A stretch of DNA of 64,000 nt from NCBI GenBank assembly GCA_964525555.1, contig CAZGHN010000007.1:63851-127850 (forward strand). The letters run 5' to 3'. Position 1 is the stretch's first letter; every line of letters starts with the position of its first letter. The position numbers were made by a program, and so were the translations under genes. The DNA is from an uncultured bacterium. Lineage in GTDB: Bacteria; Hydrothermota; UBA3072. Shown piece by piece: positions 10,309 to 20,242 of the stretch. The notes beneath the pieces are model-generated. The model did not search any database. It was not told the DNA's origin and saw only the letters and a program-made list of their open reading frames with translations.

Positions 10309-11298
10309 CTATACACACTCCTTTCCATAAATCTTAGAATTTGAACCAACTACAAATCTTCCACTTGCATTTATGATTTCTACATTATTACCTATAACCG
10401 AATCAAAGATGTCAGAGTTTACTATTTTAACTTCATTTCCGATAATAGAATTACTAATAATTGATTTTTCTATTAATGAATTTTCTCCTACAGTAACAAA
10501 ATCCCCTAATTCCGTATCTCTCAAATCGGAAGAATCGCTAATACATGAAAAATTCTTTATTTTATCTTTATAATCACACCATCCGGGAGGTTCCTTTAAC
10601 AGTTCGGCATTAGATTGAAGTAGGGTATCTATTTTCCCACAGTCATGCCATCCCTTAATATGTAAGGGTTTTAGCTCAACAGCATCTCTTTCCAGCATAA
10701 ACTTCAGCGCATCTGTCAATTGATACTCATTCTTCGTTCTTATATCCTCCTTTATTAAGAAATTAAGCTGATTGTACAAAGAATTCCAATTTTTTATATA
10801 ATAAAATCCAACTACTGCAAGATTTGAAGACGGATTCTCCGGTTTCTCTACCAAATCAACAATCCTATCCTCACTTATTTCGGGAATACCAAATCTCTCA
10901 GGGTCGCCTACAGCCTTTACTCCTATAAAATTTGCCTTTCTTTCCTTAATAATACTCCATTCTAAATCAAATATCGTATCCCCAAGATAAATCAGAACAT
11001 CGCTATTCGGTGAGATTTCCTTTCCTGCCATCCATACTGCATGTCCCAGACCTTTTTGCTCTTCTTGCGTCACCCATCTTACAGGCAAACTTCCATAATG
11101 TTCTTTTACCCAATCCTTAATTAAATCTCTCTTATAACCTACTGTAAGAACTATCTCCGACGGAGAAACATTTTCTATGGACTTAAATATCCAGCCAATT
11201 ATTGTGTTTCCCGCACACAACAAAAGAGGTTTTGGAATACTAAAAGATAACGGTCTTAAACGAGTCCCGTAACCTGCAAGAGGTATAATAACTGTCAT
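10309..11298 (-). CDS. Sugar-1-phosphate nucleotidyltransferase with C-terminal left-handed beta-helix (mannose-1-P guanylyltransferase-like)
   Basis: N-terminus IIPLAGYGTRLRPLSFSIPKPLL (NTP_transferase); C-terminal hexapeptide-like repeats. Confidence 0.65.
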   Translation of the reverse strand: MTVIIPLAGYGTRLRPLSFSIPKPLLLCAGNTIIGWIFKSIENVSPSEIVLTVGYKRDLIKDWVKEHYGSLPVRWVTQEEQKGLGHAVWMAGKEISPNSDVLIYLGDTIFDLEWSIIKERKANFIGVKAVGDPERFGIPEISEDRIVDLVEKPENPSSNLAVVGFYYIKNWNSLYNQLNFLIKEDIRTKNEYQLTDALKFMLERDAVELKPLHIKGWHDCGKIDTLLQSNAELLKEPPGWCDYKDKIKNFSCISDSSDLRDTELGDFVTVGENSLIEKSIISNSIIGNEVKIVNSDIFDSVIGNNVEIINASGRFVVGSNSKIYGKECV

Positions 11299-12278
11299 TC
11301 AGCCAGCCTTCTTTTAAGCTCCTGAATCCTTTTGACCGGAAGGGGATCAACCTTGTAATTCCTTGCGAGATAGAAAGAAAGATAATCTCCTTTTTGTATA
11401 AGAGAAAACATCTTGGCAAGCGTGGATTTCCCTTCCGCGTATACATCCATGATTTCTCCGGCAAATTCCTCTATTAATTCGGTAGTAATTTCAATCCTCT
11501 TCTTCATTTTATCGCTTTCTTCTCTATCCCTAAGAATAAAAAGAAAAATTCTTTTAAGAATCTCTTTTGGATTTTCCCAACCCACTATTTCATTATGATT
11601 TAATTCCGAAAATACAGCAAAATGCGCAAGAGATTTTGAATTCTCATTAATCTGAGTACACCATCTGCGTGCAATTACACTAAAATCATAAATAGAATAT
11701 ACAAAAGGGAGTTTTTCTTTCAATCTCCCACTGACTTCTTCAGCCCATACTTTTGCAGTTTCTGCACTATCAGAAAGAACACCTATCACTTCATCTATTT
11801 CTTCTTTTTTTACTTTCATTATACTAGACTTTCTAAGAACTTCCAAAATGGGAAAGAAAAGAAAGGCAATTGCACCTCTTGGAGGATAACCTTTGGGAAT
11901 AGGAATCAAAGGGAGATTCTCTTTTTTAGCTTGATCCCCAACTATTCCATTACTTGTAACGCAAAGAACATGCGCCCTGTTTCCCACCTGATTCATAAGA
12001 GACAAAGTCTCCTCTGTATTACCAGAATAGCTTACTATAATCATCAAGGTCTTGCTATCAACAAAACCAGGTAATCCATAGTCTCTTACAACACAAAACG
12101 GTATTTTAGAATACTTTCTGGAAAGTTCTTTAAGCAACTCACCCCCTATAGAAGACCCTCCCATACCCCCAATACAAACATTTTTTATACCCTTAAAATC
12201 AAAATCCACAGCCGAACCAATCTCGATTGCCTCCTCTATCTGCTGAGGCAAATCATCAATTATTTCTATCATCTTCAA
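11295..12278 (-). CDS. Bifunctional phosphoglucose/phosphomannose isomerase-like (SIS domain)
   Basis: GGMGGSSIGGELL and a second SIS-like segment; ~327 aa typical of the archaeal/bacterial PGI/PMI family; 4-bp overlap with the nucleotidyltransferase. Confidence 0.5.
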   Translation of the reverse strand: MKMIEIIDDLPQQIEEAIEIGSAVDFDFKGIKNVCIGGMGGSSIGGELLKELSRKYSKIPFCVVRDYGLPGFVDSKTLMIIVSYSGNTEETLSLMNQVGNRAHVLCVTSNGIVGDQAKKENLPLIPIPKGYPPRGAIAFLFFPILEVLRKSSIMKVKKEEIDEVIGVLSDSAETAKVWAEEVSGRLKEKLPFVYSIYDFSVIARRWCTQINENSKSLAHFAVFSELNHNEIVGWENPKEILKRIFLFILRDREESDKMKKRIEITTELIEEFAGEIMDVYAEGKSTLAKMFSLIQKGDYLSFYLARNYKVDPLPVKRIQELKRRLAE

Positions 12279-14025
12279 CCTCCACTAATATGTTTTTAAG
12301 AGAAGGGAACCGCTTTAACATTTCTTCTTTTAAAAATTCCCTAACTTCTTTGGCCGATCCCTTTTTCTCTACACTTTTCAACAAATCCTTGCATTCCTTT
12401 AAGCTTAAACCTCTTATAATATTTTTAACTTGGGGAATGAAACTTGGAGGCAAAGAAAGCTCATCAACTTCCATACCTATAAGAACCGGCATCGCAACCA
12501 CATCGGAAGCCACATCACCACAGACTCCAACCCATTTATTATTATGATGTGCTTTTTGCACTGTCATTTTCATTAGTGAAATTACCGAAGGGTCAAGTTG
12601 GTCAAAAAGACTAGATATATTCTTATTTCCCCTATCAACTGCAAGAGTATACTGGGTAAGGTCATTCGTTCCTATGGAAAAAAAATCTACAACTTCAGAA
12701 AACAAATCCGCCATTAATGGAACAGATGGGATTTCAACCATTGCGCCTATCTCAATATTTTCATCAAAGGCAATACTTTTCTTCTTTAATTCGTTTTTAA
12801 TCTCTTCTGTAATATATCTAACCCTCTTAACCTCATCTAATTGAGAAATCATAGGAATGAGAATCCTAACATTTCCTTTTGCTGAAGCTTTCAACATCGC
12901 ACGTATCTGGTCTTTAAGAATTTTCTCATTCGCAAGAGTAAAACGTATTCCCCTCCACCCTAAAAAAGGATTCTCTTCCTGAACTTTTGTTTTGAAAACC
13001 TTGTCCCCTCCAAGATCAAGAGTTCTCATTATAACATAATCAGGAAAAGTATGCTCTGCAACTTTCAAATAGAAATCGTATTGTTCCTTCTCATCCGGAA
13101 CATCTTCAGAAGTAAGAAAAAGAAACTCTGTTCGAAGAAGACCAACTCCTTTTGCTCCATATTTCTTTATAAAAGGAAGTTCTATTGGCAATTCAATATT
13201 TGCAGAAATATCTATAGAATAACCATCAATGGTAGTAGCGGGAAGATCCTTTTGTTCAAGAAATTTCTTCTGGATTGCAGCAGTTTCTTCTTTTTTACGT
13301 TCAAATCTTCTTTTCGTATCCTCATCAGGATTAACAACTATAACACCACTAATGCCATCTACGATTACCTCATCTCCAGATTTGACATTCTCGGTAACAC
13401 CATTAGCACCTACCACAGCAGAAATATTTAATGCCTCCGCCAAAATAGCAAAATGAGAAGTTCGTCCACCTTTCTCAGCGATTAATCCGTCGACCCCTGC
13501 TTTACTCATTTGCAAAACAGAGGATGCGGTAAAGCTTTCAGCAATCATAACATCACCCAAACCCCCTAAATCAGCATCAGTTTCTTCATCCCTCAAATTT
13601 TTCAATAGTCTATCAACAATATCCTTTACATCCAAGTATCTTTCTGCTATATAACTGTTAGGAATATCTCGAAAATCTCTCTCAAGGCCATCGGAAAAAT
13701 TTATAATGGCTTCTTCCACAGATTCCTTTCCACTTCTAATTCTTTTTTCTACCGAATTTAAAAAAAGAGGGTCTTGTAAAAAAAGAACTTGAACATCTAT
13801 TAACCTTGAGCTTACGGGGTCATGTGCCTTCTTTAATTCAACACGAAGGTTTCGGAGTTGTCTTAAAGACATATGTCGCGCCTTCTCAAATAATGCTATT
13901 TCCTCAGCAACTTCCCCTCTCTCCCTTGAAGATGAAAAAACAAACTCCTTTGGAGAATAGAGAAAACTCTTACCTATTGATATATAAGGAGAAGCAGGTA
14001 TTCCTCTAAATATTTTATTCTTCAT
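12256..14025 (-). CDS. ptsI: Phosphoenolpyruvate-protein phosphotransferase (PTS enzyme I)
   Basis: GGRTSHFAILAEALNISAVVG (active-site His), LRTEFLF, PEP-utilising C-terminal domain; 589 aa. Confidence 0.88.
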   Translation of the reverse strand: MKNKIFRGIPASPYISIGKSFLYSPKEFVFSSSRERGEVAEEIALFEKARHMSLRQLRNLRVELKKAHDPVSSRLIDVQVLFLQDPLFLNSVEKRIRSGKESVEEAIINFSDGLERDFRDIPNSYIAERYLDVKDIVDRLLKNLRDEETDADLGGLGDVMIAESFTASSVLQMSKAGVDGLIAEKGGRTSHFAILAEALNISAVVGANGVTENVKSGDEVIVDGISGVIVVNPDEDTKRRFERKKEETAAIQKKFLEQKDLPATTIDGYSIDISANIELPIELPFIKKYGAKGVGLLRTEFLFLTSEDVPDEKEQYDFYLKVAEHTFPDYVIMRTLDLGGDKVFKTKVQEENPFLGWRGIRFTLANEKILKDQIRAMLKASAKGNVRILIPMISQLDEVKRVRYITEEIKNELKKKSIAFDENIEIGAMVEIPSVPLMADLFSEVVDFFSIGTNDLTQYTLAVDRGNKNISSLFDQLDPSVISLMKMTVQKAHHNNKWVGVCGDVASDVVAMPVLIGMEVDELSLPPSFIPQVKNIIRGLSLKECKDLLKSVEKKGSAKEVREFLKEEMLKRFPSLKNILVEVEDDRNN

Positions 14026-14284
14026 CGAATTTCCTATTTTCGATCAACTCTATCAAAGAACCAACAGCCTCTTTTTCATCTTTGCCATCAGCAATAACAG
14101 TAACTTCATCCCCCTGTTCTGAAGCAAGCATCAGAACACCCATAATACTTTTTGCATTTACTTTTACATTATCTTTCTCCAGTTCAACTTTCGATTCGAA
14201 AGAAGATGCAAGTTTAACCAACATTGAAGCCGGTCTGGCATGAATACCTAAAGAATTCATAATTTCAGCATTTTTCTTAAACAT
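14015..14284 (-). CDS. ptsH: Phosphocarrier protein HPr
   Basis: 89 aa; GIHARPA His-15 motif. Confidence 0.85.
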   Translation of the reverse strand: MFKKNAEIMNSLGIHARPASMLVKLASSFESKVELEKDNVKVNAKSIMGVLMLASEQGDEVTVIADGKDEKEAVGSLIELIENRKFDEE

Positions 14285-14293
14285 TTTAGTTTT

Positions 14294-15112
14294 TCAACAA
14301 AGATGTGATAAAAGTGAAATAATTGTTTGCCTAAGATTTTTTCTAGACACAACCATATCTACAAGACCATGGTCAAGTAGAAACTCCGCTCGCTGAAAAC
14401 CTTCAGGCAATTCTTTCTGGATCGTCTGTTTTATTACTCTGGGGCCCGCAAAACCAATAAGCGCTCCAGGTTCTGCAATTATAATATCGCCAAGTGAAGC
14501 ATACGAAGCAAGAACTCCTGCAGTAGTTGGATTGGTCAAGACAGAAATATATGGAGTTTTCAATTTATTCAAAACAGTAGAAGTTTTTGCCATCTGCATC
14601 AAAGAAAGAATTCCTTCCTGCATCCTGGCACCACCAGAAGCATTAACCGACAAAAAAGGAAAACCTTTTTTGCCAGCTCGCTCAATAGCTCTTTTAACTT
14701 TCTCTCCTACTACAGATCCCATAGAACCGCCAATAAAGGAGAAATCCATTATAGCAACCTCTATATCCCTACCTCCTATTTTTGCTTCACCTGTTATTAT
14801 AGCTTCATTTAAAAAAGTTTCCCTCTTTGCCTCTTCGATCTTTTTCTTATATCCTTTAAATTGCAATGGATCAGAAGTTTTGATATTCTCATCAAAAGCT
14901 TCAAATGTGTCTTCATCAAGCAATAACTTTCTGTAAAAGGCACTGTCTACCCTAAAATGGAAATCACACTTTGAGCATACCATAAGATTCTTTACTGTTT
15001 CCTTCTTATAAAGAATCTCTCCGCAAGAGGTACATTTCATCCATACACCATTAGGAATATCTTTCTTCAACCCTTTTTTTTCAACTTTTTTTCTTTTTTG
15101 AAACCATTTCAT
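14294..15112 (-). CDS. accD: Acetyl-CoA carboxylase carboxyltransferase beta subunit
   Basis: Zn ribbon CTSCGEILYKKE...CSKCDFHFR followed by the carboxyltransferase domain. Start trimmed to the MKWFQKRKK Met (15110-15112) because the longer ORF (to 15223) runs antisense through tRNA-Leu. Confidence 0.85.
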   Translation of the reverse strand: MKWFQKRKKVEKKGLKKDIPNGVWMKCTSCGEILYKKETVKNLMVCSKCDFHFRVDSAFYRKLLLDEDTFEAFDENIKTSDPLQFKGYKKKIEEAKRETFLNEAIITGEAKIGGRDIEVAIMDFSFIGGSMGSVVGEKVKRAIERAGKKGFPFLSVNASGGARMQEGILSLMQMAKTSTVLNKLKTPYISVLTNPTTAGVLASYASLGDIIIAEPGALIGFAGPRVIKQTIQKELPEGFQRAEFLLDHGLVDMVVSRKNLRQTIISLLSHLC

Positions 15113-15134
15113 AATTATATTATTAAAAATTTCA

Positions 15135-15220
15135 TGCCGGAGGTCGGACTTGAACCGACACGGAGAGAATTCTCCACCGGATTTTAAGTCCGATGCGTCT
15201 ACCGATTCCGCCACTCCGGC
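15135..15220 (-). tRNA. tRNA-Leu (anticodon TAA), long variable arm
   Basis: Reverse complement GCCGGAGTGGCGGAATCGGTAGACGCATCGGACTTAAAATCCGGTGGAGAATTCTCTCCGTGTCGGTTCAAGTCCGACCTCCGGCA matches type II tRNA-Leu. Confidence 0.9.
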
Positions 15221-15275
15221 CAACCCTGTAATTTTACCTTATAAAATTAATATGTCAAGACCTGTATACCGCTAA

Positions 15276-16232
15276 CTAGGCTCCATTAATTTTCTTTTCT
15301 AACTCTTTTTTGATACGAAAGAGTTCTCTTTTTATATCTTTAATATGCAACATATCCTCGTCTACATCTAAGTCCAATGCCTCCTCAGCATTATTTAAAG
15401 CTTCCTGAAAATGATCTAACTCTAAAAGTATCTTTGCTTTATAATAAAAAGCTTCAAATTCCGAATAGTTGTTATTAGCAGAGATAACAATAAGTTTGTC
15501 AACTACATCCAAAGCTCTGCGAAATTCTTCTTTCTCATAATAAGCTTTTAAAAGAGGCCAGTTAAAAGTCCTTGAGTCAGAATAAGATTCAACTAAAGGA
15601 AGAAGAACAGCTATAGCTTCATCATAATCCTTCTCCTTAATAGAAATATTAGCAAAAGCTAAGGAGGAATACAAAGAAACATATTTGCCTCCAGCAACTG
15701 CTTTTCTTATCATTGCAAGACCTTTTTCCTTATCCTTACCCATAAACGGAAAATGCCCTTTAATATATTCCCAACTTCCCAACCCCAAATAAACATCAGC
15801 TAACGTAGAATCTAAATCTTTAGCTTTTTCAAGGTAATATACCGCCGGATTAATCAAAAGTATAGTACCAAAATAATCCTCTTTTATAACATAATAAAAA
15901 ATTTTGAGAGTATAACTTCCTCCAATAAAAAAATAACCCCACGGATCATTCGGATGTTTTTTTGTCCATTTTTTCCCCATATCACTAGCAGAATCAGCAT
16001 ATATAAATATCTTTTCCCTGTATGAATTCTCTCCTAAATCGACCCACATCATCTCGTAAAGGGACGCTAACAAGAAATATGGGGCAGGATGTTCTTTTTC
16101 TTGATTCTTTACTACAACTATAAGAGATTCAGCGCAGGCAAAGTCTTCTACATAAGAATAATCTATAGCCCCTAACAATAACGAATCAAGTTCAGGCGTA
16201 AGAGCAGCAATCAATAGAAACAGTGTCAACAT
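15276..16232 (-). CDS. Hypothetical secreted TPR-like repeat protein
   Basis: N-terminal hydrophobic signal; helical-repeat-like Y/A/L periodicity; no catalytic motif recognised. Confidence 0.35.
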   Translation of the reverse strand: MLTLFLLIAALTPELDSLLLGAIDYSYVEDFACAESLIVVVKNQEKEHPAPYFLLASLYEMMWVDLGENSYREKIFIYADSASDMGKKWTKKHPNDPWGYFFIGGSYTLKIFYYVIKEDYFGTILLINPAVYYLEKAKDLDSTLADVYLGLGSWEYIKGHFPFMGKDKEKGLAMIRKAVAGGKYVSLYSSLAFANISIKEKDYDEAIAVLLPLVESYSDSRTFNWPLLKAYYEKEEFRRALDVVDKLIVISANNNYSEFEAFYYKAKILLELDHFQEALNNAEEALDLDVDEDMLHIKDIKRELFRIKKELEKKINGA

Positions 16233-16234
16233 AC

Positions 16235-17140
16235 TTAGAAATCCCTATCTTTACCGCTAAAAATAGCCGGATACTCAATATTAAATTTTCTCCTATAATA
16301 AATCCTCTGTACCCCAATAATAAAGGCAAAAAGAGGAATTACTATCGGAGTTATAATAAATACCATAACCGCTAGTATCCCTGGAATAGCTCTAAAAGAA
16401 AATAATATTATTTTTTTTGTCTGCTTCACATAAGCTATCAAAAATATAGGAAAAGCAAGACCCGAAGCTATTAAACATATATAATCCTTTAACAAATAAG
16501 AAATAACAATAGCTGCCAAATCAAGAAAAATTGCAAGTAAAAGGGTGTTTTTCTTCCCAAGAAAAACACCGGTGGTAATTTTACCCTCCTGCCTATCACC
16601 TTCTATATCCGGTATGGTCGTATTTACAAAAACCGCTGCTACAGCAAAGGAATATGGAATACCGGAAACAATCATTAATCCGGAAGATTTCGCGACTGAA
16701 AGCCAACCAACTACAAAAGCAAGAAGACCATATCCTAATGCATTCCAAATAATATCCAGAAAAGGCCTACCTTTTGTTTCAAGAGGAGGAATGGAATAGG
16801 TCACTCCAAAAAGAAGAGAAATAATAAAAACAATAAAAATATCTATTCCAAGCAGCAAAGATACTAAAACGGATAAAACAAAAAGTATTCCCATCTCGAT
16901 GTAGGCATTCTTAAGAGAAATATGCCCCTCAGATAGTAAAAATAGTTTCTCGTTTTTCTTATCAGATTCTATATCTATAACCTGGTTCAGGATATAGACA
17001 CCCCCCATAAGCAGCGTATAAAGGATAAAAATGGCAACCGCCCTAAGCGATATTTCCCCATTTGCAAAATAGGCTCCAAGCAGAAAAAAGATCCACAAAG
17101 GGAGAAATAAACTCGGACGAAGTAAAATAAAATAATCCAT
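16235..17140 (-). CDS. UbiA-family prenyltransferase (integral membrane)
   Basis: ~8 TM; aspartate-rich motif NQVIDIESD (NDxxDxxxD). Confidence 0.7.
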   Translation of the reverse strand: MDYFILLRPSLFLPLWIFFLLGAYFANGEISLRAVAIFILYTLLMGGVYILNQVIDIESDKKNEKLFLLSEGHISLKNAYIEMGILFVLSVLVSLLLGIDIFIVFIISLLFGVTYSIPPLETKGRPFLDIIWNALGYGLLAFVVGWLSVAKSSGLMIVSGIPYSFAVAAVFVNTTIPDIEGDRQEGKITTGVFLGKKNTLLLAIFLDLAAIVISYLLKDYICLIASGLAFPIFLIAYVKQTKKIILFSFRAIPGILAVMVFIITPIVIPLFAFIIGVQRIYYRRKFNIEYPAIFSGKDRDF

Positions 17141-17190
17141 TAGGATGAATTATAAATAACTAAAACTAAAAGTCAAGGTAATTTGAGGGC

Positions 17191-17218
17191 TTGACAAATT
17201 TCATCTGTTTGTAATACT
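17191..17218 (+). promoter_or_regulatory. Putative sigma70-type promoter upstream of gcvT (gggCTTGACAaa... TAATAC)
   Basis: TTGACA at 17191-17196; -10-like TAATAC ~15 bp downstream; the GGNTTGACAAA word recurs upstream of several genes here. Confidence 0.3.
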
Positions 17219-17236
17219 AAATGCAACCAACACAAA

Positions 17237-18382
17237 ATGAAAGAGGAAAAGAAAACACCTTTATATAACAAACACTTAAAGTTGAATGCCACTATGGTAG
17301 CCTTCGCCAACTATAAAATGCCAATGCAATATTCTTCTATATTAGAAGAAGCAAAAGCCGTGAGAAATACAGCAGGAATATTCGATACCTCTCATATGGG
17401 GGAAATTGAAGTATATGGAGATAACGCAACAGAATTTATAAACTATCTTGTAACCGTCGACATATCCAAGTTAAATAAATATCAGGTAAAATATACTACA
17501 ATGCTGGATAAAAACGGCGGAATAATAGATGATATTCTCATATACAATCTTCCGGAAAAATATTTAATAGTAGTAAATGCTTCAAATCAAGAAAAAGACT
17601 TCAAGTGGATACAGGAGAAAAAAAACGATAAAGTAAAAATACAAAACAAAAGCGAAGAGTATTTTCAAATTGCCTTACAGGGTCCAGTTTCAGAAGAGAT
17701 TATAGGAAAAATCGTAAAAGAAAATCCATCGAATTTGAACTTTTACTACGCTAGAGAAGAAATCATAGCTAAAACAAAAGTTTTACTCTCAAGAACAGGT
17801 TATACAGGCGAAGACGGCTTTGAAATCTACGGAAAAAGAGAATTTGCAGAAAAAGTATGGGACAAAATCATGAAAGCAGGCAAAGAAAAAGGACTTTTAC
17901 CCTGTGGACTTGGGGCAAGAGACCTCTTAAGGTTAGAAATGGGATATCGTCTTTACGGCAATGAGATAACAAAAGAAACAACACCATTAGAAGCAGATCT
18001 ATCGTGGACTATTTCCTTGGATAAGGAAAATTTTATAGGAAAAGATATGTTAATCAAACAAAATAAAGAAGGAATAACAAAAAAACTTGTAGGAATTATA
18101 GTACCTGGAAAAAGAATACCAAGACACGGGTATAAAATCCTGATAGAAGGGAAACAAGTTGGCGCAATAACAAGCGGAAATTATTCTCCAAACATCGAAT
18201 CCTCAATTGCAATGGGTTATATAAATAAACCATTCGAAAAAGAAGGAATTAAAGTGCAAATCGAAATAAGGAATATAATTACCGAAGGAGAAATAATTAG
18301 ATTACCGTTCTGGAAACACGGGACATTGAAAAAGAAAAAACTAGAAACCAAGCAGTATAATCAAATAAAACATGGATCTTGA
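17237..18382 (+). CDS. gcvT: Glycine cleavage system T protein (aminomethyltransferase)
   Basis: FDTSHMGEIEV..., GYTGEDGFEI motifs. Confidence 0.88.
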   Translation: MKEEKKTPLYNKHLKLNATMVAFANYKMPMQYSSILEEAKAVRNTAGIFDTSHMGEIEVYGDNATEFINYLVTVDISKLNKYQVKYTTMLDKNGGIIDDILIYNLPEKYLIVVNASNQEKDFKWIQEKKNDKVKIQNKSEEYFQIALQGPVSEEIIGKIVKENPSNLNFYYAREEIIAKTKVLLSRTGYTGEDGFEIYGKREFAEKVWDKIMKAGKEKGLLPCGLGARDLLRLEMGYRLYGNEITKETTPLEADLSWTISLDKENFIGKDMLIKQNKEGITKKLVGIIVPGKRIPRHGYKILIEGKQVGAITSGNYSPNIESSIAMGYINKPFEKEGIKVQIEIRNIITEGEIIRLPFWKHGTLKKKKLETKQYNQIKHGS

Positions 18383-18402
18383 AAAAATAAAACGGAGGTA
18401 AA

Positions 18403-18792
18403 ATGGAAGTAAAAATACCGAAAGATCTTTTGTATACCGAAGACCACGAATGGGCAAGAAAAGAAAACGAAACAATTACAGAGGGAATAACTGACTTCGC
18501 ACAATCCGAACTTCAGGACATTGTATTTGTTGAACTACCTGAATCAGGACAGGAAGTAATGCAGGGTGATTCCATTGCAACAATTGAAGCCGTAAAAACA
18601 GTAACCGATCTTTATGCGGCAGTTTCAGGCGAAATAGTGAAGGTTAATAAATCGCTGGAATCTAAACCTGAACTTATAAATAAAGACCCCTATGACGATG
18701 GTTGGATAGTAAAAATAAAAATGTCGGAACCTTCAGAATTAGATACACTGCTTGATTCTAACGAATACAAAAAGATATTACAAGAAGAATGA
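18403..18792 (+). CDS. gcvH: Glycine cleavage system H protein
   Basis: Lipoyl-lysine region SIATIEAVKTVTDLYAAVSGEIV; good SD (GGAGG) 8 nt upstream. Confidence 0.88.
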   Translation: MEVKIPKDLLYTEDHEWARKENETITEGITDFAQSELQDIVFVELPESGQEVMQGDSIATIEAVKTVTDLYAAVSGEIVKVNKSLESKPELINKDPYDDGWIVKIKMSEPSELDTLLDSNEYKKILQEE

Positions 18793-20105
18793 ATTTCATC
18801 CCCATAAATAAAGAACAGCAGGAAGAAATGCTTAAAACCATAGGTAAGGGTGCAGAAGATCTACTATCCGGAATACCTAAAGATCTTCGACTAAAAAAAC
18901 CTTTAAAACTTCCACCTGCTGTTTCTGAAATGGAGATAAAAAAAGAAATATCTGGTCTGGCGGAACTTAACAAAGATTTAATCGTTTTTGCAGGAGGCGG
19001 AGTTTACGACCATTATATTCCTTCAGCCATAAAACATCTTACCGGAAGATCCGAATTTTATACTGCTTATACCCCATATCAAGCGGAAGTATCTCAAGGA
19101 ACTCTTCAGTCAATTTATGAATATCAATCAATGATCTGCGATTTAACCTGTATGGAAGTCTCAAACGCTTCAATCTACGATGGAGCGACATCCCTTGCAG
19201 AAGCTATATTTATGGCTCTCTCGATTAACAGTAAGAGAAATAAAGTAATCATTTCCGAAGGAATTAATCCGTATTATCGGATGGTAATAAAAACATATCT
19301 CGGGAAAACTTATCCTCTTGAGCTACTTCCCCTAAAGGAAGGAATCACAGACCTCGATAAAATTAGTAAAATCAACGAGAAAACTGCATGTGTAGCGATT
19401 CAACACCCGAATTTCCTCGGAAATCTTGAGGAAGTTGAAAAATTTGTAGAAATTGGCCGAAAACACGGCGTTATTGTAATATTAAGCTTCGATCCGATAT
19501 CCCTGGGGCTTTTAAAAACACCAGGCGAATATAATGTTGATATTGCAACAGCAGAAGGACAATCACTCGGTATTCCAATGAATCTTGGCGGTCCGCACTT
19601 GGGCATATTCACCTCAAAGAAAAAATATATTAGAAATATGCCCGGGAGAATAGTCGGGAAAACCACGGATAATTCTGGAAGAAAAGGCTTTGTTATGGTA
19701 CTACAAACTCGGGAACAACATATAAGAAGAGAAAACGCCACATCAAACATCTGTACAAACCAACAATTATGTGCACTTATGGCTGCAATATATCTGGCGC
19801 TACATGGAGAGGAAGGAATAAGAGAAATAGCAAATAAAACAACCCAAAAAGCGCATTACCTTGCTGAAAAATTTAGGAAAGCGGGATTTAAACTCCCATA
19901 TAAAAAGCAGAACTTTTTCAGGGAATTTGCTGTCGAAATACCGTCCGGAACTAAAAAAGCAATAAAAAAGGGGGTACAAAAAGGGTATCTTGCCGGTATT
20001 GACCTTGGAAAATTCAAAAAAGATTGGAAAAACTATCTTCTTGTTTCGGTAACCGAAAAAAGGACTAAAGAGGAGATGGATGAACTCGTCGGTATTTTAA
20101 GCTAA
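18789..20105 (+). CDS. gcvPA: Glycine dehydrogenase (decarboxylating) subunit 1
   Basis: 438 aa, the P-protein N-terminal half (split-type GcvP); overlaps the gcvH stop by 4 nt. Confidence 0.85.
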   Translation: MNFIPINKEQQEEMLKTIGKGAEDLLSGIPKDLRLKKPLKLPPAVSEMEIKKEISGLAELNKDLIVFAGGGVYDHYIPSAIKHLTGRSEFYTAYTPYQAEVSQGTLQSIYEYQSMICDLTCMEVSNASIYDGATSLAEAIFMALSINSKRNKVIISEGINPYYRMVIKTYLGKTYPLELLPLKEGITDLDKISKINEKTACVAIQHPNFLGNLEEVEKFVEIGRKHGVIVILSFDPISLGLLKTPGEYNVDIATAEGQSLGIPMNLGGPHLGIFTSKKKYIRNMPGRIVGKTTDNSGRKGFVMVLQTREQHIRRENATSNICTNQQLCALMAAIYLALHGEEGIREIANKTTQKAHYLAEKFRKAGFKLPYKKQNFFREFAVEIPSGTKKAIKKGVQKGYLAGIDLGKFKKDWKNYLLVSVTEKRTKEEMDELVGILS

Positions 20106-20242
20106 ACGCTTAAAACAGTCAATCGGTGAATCAGTAAATCAGAAATCAGTAAAAACTAAAACCCAACCCACAAGAAAACTAATTTCACCACAGAGAACAC
20201 AGAGAAAAACAAAAAACTCACAGAGAAAAAAAGATTATATCG

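Noticed and set aside
12256-12278. 23-bp overlap between ptsI (3' end) and the PGI/PMI-like gene (5' end)
   Set aside because: A same-strand overlap at a gene junction is ordinary; the true PGI/PMI start may be an internal Met. Not a sign of frameshift.
14294-15223. Long form of the accD ORF (309 aa) starting at 15223
   Set aside because: The extra 37 N-terminal codons run antisense through tRNA-Leu (15135-15220). The conserved AccD zinc-ribbon domain begins after the internal Met at 15110-15112, so the start was trimmed.
17141-17236. Glycine riboswitch upstream of gcvT
   Set aside because: Only ~95 bp of leader, which is too short for a tandem or single glycine aptamer; it contains a plain promoter-like TTGACA/TAATAC instead.
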